This document shows, piece by piece, positions 38,169-47,349 of a stretch of DNA of 64,000 nucleotides. Within the stretch, counting starts at the first letter, position 1; each line of letters starts with the position of its first letter. The translations under genes were made by a program, and so were the position numbers. Source of the stretch: an uncultured Bacteroidota bacterium (GTDB lineage Bacteria > Bacteroidota > Bacteroidia > JABEUT01). The stretch lies in contig CAIUPO010000008.1 of NCBI GenBank assembly GCA_903901055.1, forward strand, positions 4,799 to 68,798. The letters are read 5' to 3'. The notes under the pieces were generated by a model. The model was not told the origin of the DNA. It ran no database searches and worked only from the letters and a program-made list of their open reading frames with translations.

Positions 38169-40667
38169 TTGTCATTCCAAACTTTAGGGAAGCAATATAT
38201 GGATTTAACAACAGCGGGGTATTTGGGTATATGGGATAACACCACTTACGGTGCTTACACGCCCACTCATTTAATAGATGTTTGGAATGGGGATATAAAT
38301 GTTACTTCAACTTCTGGAACAAATGGATTTATGATTAGTGGAAATCCAGTACTAAATAATGGAGGAGATGTTACATGTATATTTGTTGGGCAACAAGCCA
38401 GTGCGACCTCTTATTCATTCAATCATCTTACTTGCGTCGGTAGTGGCGCAGGAACCGACTTAACCGCAGGCATTTATGATTCATACCTGGGATTTTCAGC
38501 AGGAGGATTAGATGCAGATGGCTCATTTAATACTTTTATAGGTGCCTTTGCAGGGGCATCTACAAATGGGGGTGGATGGCCCGCTGGAAGTTATAATACT
38601 TTTACAGGATACGAGTGTGGCTTAGAAAATATTAGTGGGAAATCAAATTGCTTTTATGGAAAAGCGGCAGGATATTATAATGATGGCGCTTATAATTGCA
38701 TGTATGGCGGGCATTCTGGAAACGGAACAGTTTTATATGGTGCTGATAGTAATTGTTTTTATGGAGAATATAGTGCCAATAAAATACACTATGGCAATGA
38801 TAATATAGTAATGGGATTTGGGTCAGGGGAAAATACTGGCGAGTTAGCCCCAAGTGATTGGAATGTATTCATAGGAGGGAATGGCAGAGTTTTAGGGCAG
38901 TCAAATCCTTCAGGAATTTATAATGTTACCCTAGGTTTTGGTGCTGATGCCTATACAAGTTCATCTGCAACACCAGGAACAATTAATAACTCCGTTGCAA
39001 TCGGTGCGGATGCAATTGTAAGCCATGATAATCAATTTATACTTGGCAATAATTCGCAATTTTTAGGTATCGGCATGGTTGGAGACTCTTATGGGCTTGG
39101 GCCAATGGCTAATCTTGAAATTATGACAGACCAAAATACGGTTCCACCTTATGGTAGTTTTGGGTTTATTGGAAATGGATATTATAATTCTCTAAATTTT
39201 TATGCAGGTACAAGCGCAAGTCCCGGAACTGGCTTTAGTGGGTTAAAGTTTCGTGATTTAACATCTAATTCTAACCCTGTCGACCCCACCAGCGCAAATT
39301 TTAATCCATCCGAAGGAAACCCTTATCCGGCAGGTGTTTTAAGCATCGATGGATTCGGAAATGTGATCTATATTCCTGCTCCGGCTGCTTCATTAGGTAC
39401 GTGTGGAAGTCCGACATTGTTACCAGCCGGAGGAACTGGGGCAATAGATTTGAATGGGGGCAATTTTTATTTCTCAGGAAATGGTACAGGTGCTGCCGGG
39501 GTTGATAATGTTGCAATAGGACTGAATTGTTCCGTAACTCCAAACGCAAAATTAGAAGTGATTCAAGCTTCGGGCGATAATAATACGATTGGAACATACA
39601 TAACCAATTCAGATGGCAACACCGGTGCATTTGGCACCCCAACCCCAACTATAGGAATGGTAGCCTTTATGCCACAACCTTCAAATACTACCAATACTTT
39701 TTACAATGTTGCAGGCTGGTTTCAAGCCGATGGCGGCCCCAACATTGATATTTCAAGTTCTCTTATGCAGTATGCTATTTTTGTTCCAAGTACAATAAAT
39801 CCTGTTGACGGAACTACCCTTCCGGGCGGAACTGTTGATATTGGCTATCAATTCGCCCTGGATGTTCCCGACTACCTGTTAGACGTGAACGATTATGCTA
39901 GAATTGACGGCACTGTAGTTCCCTCCGATTCAAACTTAAAAAAGAGTATCACTCCGTTCAAATATGGCTTGAAAGCTATACGCAACCTGAGTCCTATTAA
40001 CTACAAATATAATGGCATAGGCGGTTTCGATTCCACCAAAAGCTTCATTGGTCTTATAGCTCAAAACCTTCAACGAAACGTGCCAAGCGGTGTGAAGAAA
40101 TCTCATATAATAAAAGACACTATTAACCGTGATACAGCAACTATTCTCAATATATACGAAGAGGCTGTAATGTATACGGCAGTTAATGCCATCAAAGAAT
40201 TGGATTCTACTGTTACAAGTAAAAATAAAACAATAGATAGTTTACGTACCACACTTGACAGTTTGCGCAGTGCATTCAAAGGCTTTCAGGATTGCCTGAA
40301 CAGGCTTTGTAATACGCATGGGCATATAGGAGGTGGCAATTCAGGAAATGATAATAACAATGAGAATACTTCTAATATTCAAGATGTAGCTTTATCTAAT
40401 GCAAATGCTCCTTTGCTTTATCAAAACATTCCGAACCCATTTAGCAGTAATACCAAAATAAATTATTACTTGCCTGTGGGTACTATTGGGGCTACTATCG
40501 TGTTTTATGATAGCTATGGCAATCAAATGAAGGAAGTTCAATTGAGCCAAACAGGCAATGGCACATTAAACATCAACCCTGAAAATTTAAGTAATGGTAT
40601 TTACTCATACAGCCTTGTTGTAAACGGCAAGGTTGTTGATACCAAAAGAATGATTTTGCAGAAATAG
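38169..40667 (+). CDS. Tail-fibre-like Gly-rich protein with a Peptidase_S74 intramolecular-chaperone domain and a T9SS type A C-terminal sorting domain. The N-terminal signal peptide is detached by an in-frame stop.
   Basis: NxFxGxxAG-type Gly-rich repeats fill the N-terminal body. SDSNLKKSITPFKYGLKAIRNLSPINYKYN matches the S74 chaperone motif (SDxRLKxNI...PVxYxYK). A coiled-coil-like stretch follows. The C-terminal Por_Secre_tail is LYQNIPNPFSSNTKINYYL...GIYSYSLVVNGKVVDTKRMILQK. Confidence 0.7.
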   Translation: MSFQTLGKQYMDLTTAGYLGIWDNTTYGAYTPTHLIDVWNGDINVTSTSGTNGFMISGNPVLNNGGDVTCIFVGQQASATSYSFNHLTCVGSGAGTDLTAGIYDSYLGFSAGGLDADGSFNTFIGAFAGASTNGGGWPAGSYNTFTGYECGLENISGKSNCFYGKAAGYYNDGAYNCMYGGHSGNGTVLYGADSNCFYGEYSANKIHYGNDNIVMGFGSGENTGELAPSDWNVFIGGNGRVLGQSNPSGIYNVTLGFGADAYTSSSATPGTINNSVAIGADAIVSHDNQFILGNNSQFLGIGMVGDSYGLGPMANLEIMTDQNTVPPYGSFGFIGNGYYNSLNFYAGTSASPGTGFSGLKFRDLTSNSNPVDPTSANFNPSEGNPYPAGVLSIDGFGNVIYIPAPAASLGTCGSPTLLPAGGTGAIDLNGGNFYFSGNGTGAAGVDNVAIGLNCSVTPNAKLEVIQASGDNNTIGTYITNSDGNTGAFGTPTPTIGMVAFMPQPSNTTNTFYNVAGWFQADGGPNIDISSSLMQYAIFVPSTINPVDGTTLPGGTVDIGYQFALDVPDYLLDVNDYARIDGTVVPSDSNLKKSITPFKYGLKAIRNLSPINYKYNGIGGFDSTKSFIGLIAQNLQRNVPSGVKKSHIIKDTINRDTATILNIYEEAVMYTAVNAIKELDSTVTSKNKTIDSLRTTLDSLRSAFKGFQDCLNRLCNTHGHIGGGNSGNDNNNENTSNIQDVALSNANAPLLYQNIPNPFSSNTKINYYLPVGTIGATIVFYDSYGNQMKEVQLSQTGNGTLNINPENLSNGIYSYSLVVNGKVVDTKRMILQK

Positions 40668-41029
40668 CCGAAAACCTGCTACTGATTCCACATGGAAGCA
40701 TGAGGGATTGAAGTGGAAAGCCCACAGCCCCTAAAGCAAGCAAAGTGTGCTTTAGGGGCGAGGACTTGCAACGTAAAGCCCGACCCCTTGCAAAGCTTGG
40801 GGACATGCCCAACCCACGAAGTGAAACATCGATAGTACAAAAGACGAACCCCTAACGCTAAAGGTAGGACAAGCCAAATTGTTAATAACTCGTTAATAAA
40901 TCTATGTGTCTAAAAGCCTAAACGGGTCATTAATGGGGTTTAAATGCATTAATAACCAATAGGATGTATAAAAATCTTGCTTATTTGAAAAAAAAGCTAA
41001 CTTTGCACACTTACTAACCCACAAAACCT

Positions 41030-41443
41030 ATGGCAAAGACAATTCAGGAAGATGCCCACGTTGTAAACCAGATTAAGTCGGGCACGCATATTGAAGGTAT
41101 AATTAAGGCATCGGGAGATATCCGTATCGACGGTACGTTGAAGGGTACTTTACAAACTGAGGGAAAGCTGGTAATTGGCACATCGGGACAGATTGACGGT
41201 GAGATTACTTGCCAGAACGCCGAAGTGCATGGTACGGTGAACGGTAAAATTACTGTAAACGAACTGTTGTCGCTGAAATCGAGCTGTAAATTATTGGGAG
41301 ATATAGTAGTAGGAAGGTTATCAATTGAACCGGGTGCCCAATTCAGCGGTTCCTGTGTAATGGGAAATGCTGTAAAAGGCTTATATAATGGACAGGAATC
41401 AACCAAAGAAAGAAGCGAAAGAAAGCCGCAGACAGTCTCTTAA
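41030..41443 (+). CDS. Bactofilin (polymer-forming cytoskeletal protein, DUF583)
   Basis: The bactofilin beta-helix pattern is present (GxIxGxLxTEGKLVIGTSGQIDGEITCQNAEVHGTVNG...GDIVVGRLSIEPGAQFSGSC). Confidence 0.8.
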   Translation: MAKTIQEDAHVVNQIKSGTHIEGIIKASGDIRIDGTLKGTLQTEGKLVIGTSGQIDGEITCQNAEVHGTVNGKITVNELLSLKSSCKLLGDIVVGRLSIEPGAQFSGSCVMGNAVKGLYNGQESTKERSERKPQTVS

Positions 41444-41630
41444 CGCCCTTGCCCGTTATTCGGGAATGGGGTTTCAGATAGCAGCCTCTATTATTATTTG
41501 TTTGTTACTGGGTAAGTGGCTGGATGCTAAGTTCCCCATGAAGTTTCCGGTATTTACAACAGCACTTACAATTCTGGGAGTTTTTCTGGGGGTATTTTTT
41601 GTAATCAGAGATTTATTAAAAAAGAAATGA
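41388..41630 (+). CDS. AtpZ/AtpI-family small membrane protein
   Basis: ARYSGMGFQIAASIIICLLLGKWLD is followed by a second TM helix, the typical AtpZ (PF09527) architecture. It overlaps the bactofilin ORF by 56 nt. Confidence 0.6.
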   Translation: MDRNQPKKEAKESRRQSLNALARYSGMGFQIAASIIICLLLGKWLDAKFPMKFPVFTTALTILGVFLGVFFVIRDLLKKK

Positions 41631-42001
41631 AAGCATTGCACCGCAAGTTTATTTTGCAATTATTAGTTATTTCGGTGGTTTTATACGGAATCCTGTACTT
41701 TGTTTTTACGAAGTATAAGCCGGCCTCCTTGCCTTTAATAGTAATGATAGCACTGCTATTTGCTGTTAACTCGCTTGCGTTTATTATGATTTCAAATACG
41801 AAGGAAAAGAAGCCAAGAAGTTTTGTCTATTCTTTCATGACCATAAGTTTCGGAAGGTTAATTGTTTGCAGCATATTTGTGTTTTCGTATGCACTAACTC
41901 ATCGTCCCGATGCACGCACATTTGCGCTCACCTTTTTCGTGCTGTACTTTATTTATGCAGCAGTAGAAGTGAAGGCGATGTATTCGTTTTTCAAAAACTA
42001 A
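41627..42001 (+). CDS. Hypothetical 4-TM membrane protein
   Basis: Four hydrophobic helices are predicted. The gene overlaps the AtpZ-like gene by 4 nt (co-operonic). Confidence 0.5.
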   Translation: MKALHRKFILQLLVISVVLYGILYFVFTKYKPASLPLIVMIALLFAVNSLAFIMISNTKEKKPRSFVYSFMTISFGRLIVCSIFVFSYALTHRPDARTFALTFFVLYFIYAAVEVKAMYSFFKN

Positions 42002-42007
42002 GCAGAT

Positions 42008-42412
42008 TTATACCACTTTAAGAAAGTGGAGCAGGAGGTAAGCCAGGTATCCAAGCAGGATAAGAAGTGTAAACAGAATTAGCATTAATGAAACCCTGTT
42101 GACTTTAAAGAAATGAAACCCCCACCTTTTTATCCTTTTATATTTCCTATAACCTACTTTTGCAGCGCGGCTTCCGTCTACATCCATTTCAATAAACTCT
42201 TCAGTGGTAACAGGAATATGTATTAACCGTTCCTTTTTCATTTTTTCAATTATATGTTTCATTCTGTGCTGAACTTCAATACTGTGGCTTGGATTGACAA
42301 CATAGGAGTAAGGTAAACGGCCACCTTCCTTTATAATTTCATTTAAAACCTGGTTGATGATTTCGTTTTCATCAACCCAGTTGGGGTAAATACCTTTTGA
42401 TTTAGAATCCAT
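42008..42412 (-). CDS. Hypothetical tail-anchored membrane protein
   Basis: The start was set at the internal Met (MDSKSKG). The ORF opens earlier, at 42511. A soluble domain is followed by a single C-terminal TM helix. Confidence 0.45.
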   Translation of the reverse strand: MDSKSKGIYPNWVDENEIINQVLNEIIKEGGRLPYSYVVNPSHSIEVQHRMKHIIEKMKKERLIHIPVTTEEFIEMDVDGSRAAKVGYRKYKRIKRWGFHFFKVNRVSLMLILFTLLILLGYLAYLLLHFLKVV

Positions 42413-42521
42413 AGGCGAAATGGTTAAACAAAAATATACAGATACTGTATTCAGATTGTTAACTACGTATGAATAAAAAAGGTTTAAACAGGAATGCCAA
42501 ATTGATGGCAATTTTTATTGA

Positions 42522-42995
42522 CTATATCATAAACCAGACGGCTGCAATGAGAATAAGCAGAATGGCTAAAATGGATCTCAAAGGAACCGTTTGTTCAACT
42601 ACCTCACCTTGTTCTTTTTTTCTGCCGGAAATCTTATAACCACCTTCACACAGAACATTTTTGCCGCGTTGCCTAAGGTAAACACGCGCATTTCCCTGGT
42701 TTAATTGGGGCAGGGCAGTGTTTTGCAAATTATTTAATACATTAATTCCGTCATCCTCATAGCGGTCGCGCAAAAGAATAAGATTTTCTTTTTGCATCAG
42801 ATCAAGAATCGCTTTCATTTTTTTTTGTTGGCGTTCGGGCTGGAATTCATTTACAAAATTGGTGTAGAAAGAAGTTTCATTGTAAAATTCTTTACCGAAT
42901 AGCAGGGAAAGGATACTATTAACAATCTCTTGCTTAGTTCCCTTAAAGTTATAAAATCGGTAATTATTATCCACCTTTAAATTGTATTGTACCAA
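42522..42995 (-). CDS. Hypothetical tail-anchored membrane protein
   Basis: A soluble N-terminal domain is followed by one C-terminal TM helix (ILAILLILIAAVWFMI). It lies adjacent to the previous gene and has the same architecture. Confidence 0.45.
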   Translation of the reverse strand: MVQYNLKVDNNYRFYNFKGTKQEIVNSILSLLFGKEFYNETSFYTNFVNEFQPERQQKKMKAILDLMQKENLILLRDRYEDDGINVLNNLQNTALPQLNQGNARVYLRQRGKNVLCEGGYKISGRKKEQGEVVEQTVPLRSILAILLILIAAVWFMI

Positions 42996-43197
42996 ATATA
43001 AAATAATAGTGATGCGAAGAACTTGATTTGAATCATCAAAATGGCTTGGGTTACATTTTAGGTTGATTATCAGGCTATAAATTGCGATTAAATATGGACC
43101 GACATATTAAAGAGTTCAAAAGGGTTATTTTTTGATAAGCGAACTAATAAGCTGCAAGTAATAGGATTGCTATTATCTTTGTCCCGAATGAAGTAAC

Positions 43198-44844
43198 ATG
43201 GATAAACTGCCTGAAAATACAACAACCAGTTCGAAAAAGAAGTGGTTTTACGCGGTTTTTATTGTTATAAACCTACTGCTTTCCTGCTATTATGTAGATG
43301 TATGGATAACCCCAAACACTGCATGCAGAGCCATTCCTGTATTAACCTTGTTCGAGGATAAAACAATAGTGGTAGACAAATACAAAGACTTTGCGGGCGA
43401 TGTGAGCAGAATTGTAAAAAACAAAGACACCAATTACTATTCCAACAAGGCGCCGCTTTCTACTTTCCTGGTTTATCCTTTCTATTCAGCATATAAGTCT
43501 ATGGGTTTACCCGAGCTAAAAGATACTACCCTTAAAAAGTATCCGATTTATGATTATGATGCCTTTAAAACCCCTGACGGTACTGCTCCAACCCCTGATG
43601 CAAGGGCATTTTTACTACCAAAATCTGCTACCGTTTTTATGTTTGGCGATATTTTGTGCGGGGCTATTCCTTTTGTAATTACACTTCTGTTGTCATTATT
43701 AGCAATAAAAAGAACCGCCACCAAAATATCACCGGTTGTAATTGTAATGCTTTCTTTCTATGCGTCCTACATTTTTGGATACGCCGGGGTATATATGGGA
43801 CATATATTAAGCGGTTTTTTCGCACTGCTCGGATATATTTTCCTGAAAAAGAAAAGTTATATTTTGTCAGGGCTACTGCTGGGATTGGGTATGGCAACAG
43901 AGTTTACTGTGGGGATACTTGTGCCTGTTTGGGCTGTACTTATATATATGAATGAAAACCCAAAAGATTCTTTATGGAATAAATTCGTAAAGCTCTTATT
44001 TTTTGGCGGGGGATTAATTCCGGGAATGGTTATTGTTTTAGCCTATAACTATCATCTTACGGGCTCCGTTTTTAAAACCCCTTACAATTATGAGATTCAT
44101 CAAAGCAAAGAGAATGCTAATGAGTTGGGTTTTAATTTTCCAACATTGTCAGCCTTTTGGGGTTTGGTCTTCTCAACCTACAGGGGGGTATTATATTATA
44201 CTCCTGTTCTCATTTTTATGCTTTGGTATGTAGCTAAAAATGGATATCAGAACATATTAATAAATGTAAAAAGTAAACTGGGGTTGGTTGTTGCCGGAAT
44301 GAAAAATTATTTACTCCTAACTGTTGTTGCATTCCTGCTTTTAATATCCGCATATTACCAATGGCCCGGAGGTTGGGCATTAGGGCCGCGTTATTTAATA
44401 CCGATAGTAATGATTGTGCTTTATGAAGGAGTTATTTACCTTTCCTCAAAACCTGTTTCTGCCTATGTTTTTTATTCACTTACAGGTATTGGTATGGTAT
44501 TCATCTGGATGGATAAATCCACCAAAATATTCATGTTTCCCGATTATCCCCAAAATTATGAAACCTTTCATTTAAATGCTGCACAAATGGAGATAATTCA
44601 CTCCTACCAGAATCCTATATGGAATATTGTTGTTCCTGATTTTATGAAACACCACTTTAATACTAATTTATTACCTGTTTTCCTGTTTGATATGAGCCCA
44701 ATGGCAGCTATATATTTGTGGCCTGTATTGTTTATTGCTGCATTGATATTCCTTACACAATGGTATTCAAAATTATTTCCTGTTGCAGTGCAAATTCCCG
44801 TTGTGAAAGTTAAACCGGTAGCAAAAAAAATGAAACGCAAATGA
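43198..44844 (+). CDS. Polytopic membrane protein, putative GT-C-fold glycosyltransferase
   Basis: It has 12 or more predicted TM helices and a large early periplasmic loop. It overlaps the downstream TMTC-like gene by 4 nt (ATGA). Confidence 0.4.
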   Translation: MDKLPENTTTSSKKKWFYAVFIVINLLLSCYYVDVWITPNTACRAIPVLTLFEDKTIVVDKYKDFAGDVSRIVKNKDTNYYSNKAPLSTFLVYPFYSAYKSMGLPELKDTTLKKYPIYDYDAFKTPDGTAPTPDARAFLLPKSATVFMFGDILCGAIPFVITLLLSLLAIKRTATKISPVVIVMLSFYASYIFGYAGVYMGHILSGFFALLGYIFLKKKSYILSGLLLGLGMATEFTVGILVPVWAVLIYMNENPKDSLWNKFVKLLFFGGGLIPGMVIVLAYNYHLTGSVFKTPYNYEIHQSKENANELGFNFPTLSAFWGLVFSTYRGVLYYTPVLIFMLWYVAKNGYQNILINVKSKLGLVVAGMKNYLLLTVVAFLLLISAYYQWPGGWALGPRYLIPIVMIVLYEGVIYLSSKPVSAYVFYSLTGIGMVFIWMDKSTKIFMFPDYPQNYETFHLNAAQMEIIHSYQNPIWNIVVPDFMKHHFNTNLLPVFLFDMSPMAAIYLWPVLFIAALIFLTQWYSKLFPVAVQIPVVKVKPVAKKMKRK

Positions 44845-46748
44845 AACCTGTTCCACCGAAAAAGCCCCCGGTAAAGCCTGTTCAGAAGAAGCAGGCAGGT
44901 AATACTCCGCAAATGAAAATGCCGGCAAAACTTGAATTGCCGCTTGCACGTAAATGGATGATAATAATGGGGCTTATCCTGTTTACGTTTGTTATTTATG
45001 GAAATAGTATTTGGAATAGTTATTCGGGAGACGATGCCATTATTACCACGCAAAACCATTTTGTTCAGGAAGGAGCTAAAGGGATAGGACAAATATTTGC
45101 GAAAGGGTTTTTGTATGGCTTTAACCAGCGTAACGACCAGTCATATCGCCCCATCACCCTTACATTTATGGCTGTTGAAAAGCAAATGTTCGGCGAATCT
45201 CCGCTTGTGCATCATTTTTTTAATGTGTTCTGGTATGCTATTACTGCTGTTTTTCTTTTTTTAACATTGCTGAAAGTTTTTCGAAAGTATAATTATATTG
45301 TACCCTTATTAATAACGGTTCTTTTTATAGCCCATCCTATTCATACCGAAGTGGTTGCAAACATTAAAAGCAGAGATGAAATACTAAGCTTTTTGTTTTG
45401 CATCATTGCTGTGTACTGCTCAATGAAATATTATATTTATGACGAAGCTCCAACGTATGTTGTTTTGAGCTGGGTGTTTTTCTTCCTTTCAATTTTAAGT
45501 AAGGAAACAGTACTTACTTATGCATTTGTAATTCCAATGGTATATTATTATTTCACCGATTTCAAACCTTGGAAATTAATTGTAATTGGTATGCCATTTG
45601 TGGGAGTGGTGTTGCTTTATATGATAATTCGATTGAAAGTACTTACCTTTTTTACGTTTGACGAACAGATGATTGTAATAAACAATTCGCTGATGGCTGC
45701 CCACAACTGGCCTGACAGACTTGCAACAACTATTTTTATTTTAGGTAAATATATTTATCTGTTGTTTGTTCCTTATTCATTAACATGGGATTATTCGTAC
45801 AATCAAATTCCCGTTGTTTCGCTTTTAAGCCCTCAAGCATTGATATCCATTGCAGTTTATGCAGGTTTAATTGTATACGCAATTATGGGCTTGAAGAAAA
45901 AAGACCCTATATCATTCGGGATATTTTATTTCATAATAACCATGTCGGTTGTATCAAATCTTTTTATAAAAATAGGTTCAACAATGGGTGAGCGGTTTTT
46001 ATATACTTCTTCGCTTGGTTTTTGCATTGCAATTGCATTTATAATTGTGCGCCTGCTAAAGATTCAAACGGATGCGCCAAGGCCAAAAGTTACAAGTTTG
46101 TATATAGTTGCAGGTGTCATTCTTGTTCCATATAGTATTCGTACAATTACCAGGAATCCGGATTGGAAAAACAACTTCGCACTATTTTCGTCGGCTGCCA
46201 ATATTTCAACCAACAGTGCCCGGGCCCACCAGGCAATTGCGTTTACCTATACAGACTCTGCACTTAAGGTAACCAACGCCAATGACAGGACTGCCTTGTT
46301 TAATAAAGCCATCCCTGAATACTATGCTGCTTTAAAAATTCTGCCCGACTACTCCGAAGCACTATATAATCTGGGTTGGAACTATTATTCGATGGGCGAT
46401 TTAACAAAGAATAATGCTTCACCTTATTTTGATTCGGCAAAAGTGAGTTTTGAGAAATGTATAAAAGCCGATCCTGTATATATTAATGCATACAATAATT
46501 TGGGGGTAATTTATTTCAATCGTAAAGATTATGGGAATGCCATTTTCACTTTTGAAAAGGGCCTTCAGGCAAACCCTAACAATGCCGGAATGTATGAAAA
46601 CCTAGGAGCTGCGTTTTATAATCTGAACCGTTTTGATTCCTGTATTTATTATTACCAGAAAGCCCTGCTTATTGACCCTGGATTAAACGCTGCACGTGAA
46701 AACATGTCAAAAGCCCAGAATGCTTTACTTGCCGGACAGAAACATTAA
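44841..46748 (+). CDS. TMTC-like protein: polytopic DUF1736-type membrane domain plus C-terminal TPR repeats (putative protein O-mannosyltransferase family)
   Basis: The N-terminus is Pro/Lys-rich. A TM domain follows with YRPITLTFMAVE...LVHHFFNV, as in TMTC/DUF1736 proteins. There are at least four C-terminal TPR units (YNLGWNYYSMGD..., YNNLGVIYFNRKDY..., YENLGAAFYNLNRF...). Confidence 0.6.
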   Translation: MKPVPPKKPPVKPVQKKQAGNTPQMKMPAKLELPLARKWMIIMGLILFTFVIYGNSIWNSYSGDDAIITTQNHFVQEGAKGIGQIFAKGFLYGFNQRNDQSYRPITLTFMAVEKQMFGESPLVHHFFNVFWYAITAVFLFLTLLKVFRKYNYIVPLLITVLFIAHPIHTEVVANIKSRDEILSFLFCIIAVYCSMKYYIYDEAPTYVVLSWVFFFLSILSKETVLTYAFVIPMVYYYFTDFKPWKLIVIGMPFVGVVLLYMIIRLKVLTFFTFDEQMIVINNSLMAAHNWPDRLATTIFILGKYIYLLFVPYSLTWDYSYNQIPVVSLLSPQALISIAVYAGLIVYAIMGLKKKDPISFGIFYFIITMSVVSNLFIKIGSTMGERFLYTSSLGFCIAIAFIIVRLLKIQTDAPRPKVTSLYIVAGVILVPYSIRTITRNPDWKNNFALFSSAANISTNSARAHQAIAFTYTDSALKVTNANDRTALFNKAIPEYYAALKILPDYSEALYNLGWNYYSMGDLTKNNASPYFDSAKVSFEKCIKADPVYINAYNNLGVIYFNRKDYGNAIFTFEKGLQANPNNAGMYENLGAAFYNLNRFDSCIYYYQKALLIDPGLNAARENMSKAQNALLAGQKH

Positions 46749-46819
46749 GATTGTTTTAGGTTTTGCAAGTAGACACGTTTAGCTTAAAATTCGTAACTTT
46801 GTTTATTAATTGAATAATT

Positions 46820-47287
46820 ATGAAATTTTTTTCAACCCTGCTTTTGTTTTGTTCAATAGCAATTACAACTGTTTCTGCGCAAAATAATTCAACTAAAAAA
46901 GCACCTCCATTTACTGTAGATAAGGTAAGCCCTCCCAATCATCAAACGGGAAGGACCAATTATGTGCTTTCTAATTCTGAAAAGGATTTAAAGAACAGGG
47001 ATTTTATTTTCTGCACCGATTCAAATTCTACAGTGGCCTATTTAACAATTAATGGGTTTACGATACGATTAGCAGGCGGCCCTAATCCCGAGAATATCCT
47101 GGCATATAACGGATCGGGCTATGCTGTTACATTCAGCATAACCAAAACAAGTTCAAATACAACAATAAACGATAAGGATGATTATACGGGAGTAAAAGTG
47201 GACGGAATACTTTCCATATATAATAGTAAGGGGCAAGTGATAGGTAAAAAAGTTACCGGTGTAGAAATTAATGCGGTAAAAAATTAG
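46820..47287 (+). CDS. Hypothetical secreted protein
   Basis: It has a signal peptide. I found no recognisable domain. Confidence 0.4.
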   Translation: MKFFSTLLLFCSIAITTVSAQNNSTKKAPPFTVDKVSPPNHQTGRTNYVLSNSEKDLKNRDFIFCTDSNSTVAYLTINGFTIRLAGGPNPENILAYNGSGYAVTFSITKTSSNTTINDKDDYTGVKVDGILSIYNSKGQVIGKKVTGVEINAVKN

Positions 47288-47349
47288 TTAACGGTAGCAG
47301 GTAGTTTTTAATAGAGTTGTATGTTTCGGAATTATTTTAAATATATTGG

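Noticed and set aside
40573-40812. 79-aa minus-strand ORF in the GC-rich intergenic island
   Set aside because: It has no homology and an Arg/Ala/Leu-rich composition that reflects the GC content. The region is more likely structured RNA or a remnant (see findings).
40670-41030. Possible tmRNA, RNase P RNA, SRP RNA or 6S RNA
   Set aside because: I could not find any of their conserved hallmarks (tmRNA tag-peptide ANxxYALAA reading frame, RNase P AGGAAAGTCCGG / ACAGAAxxxGGCTTA, SRP GGAA-loop domain). The region is retained only as an unclassified structured region.
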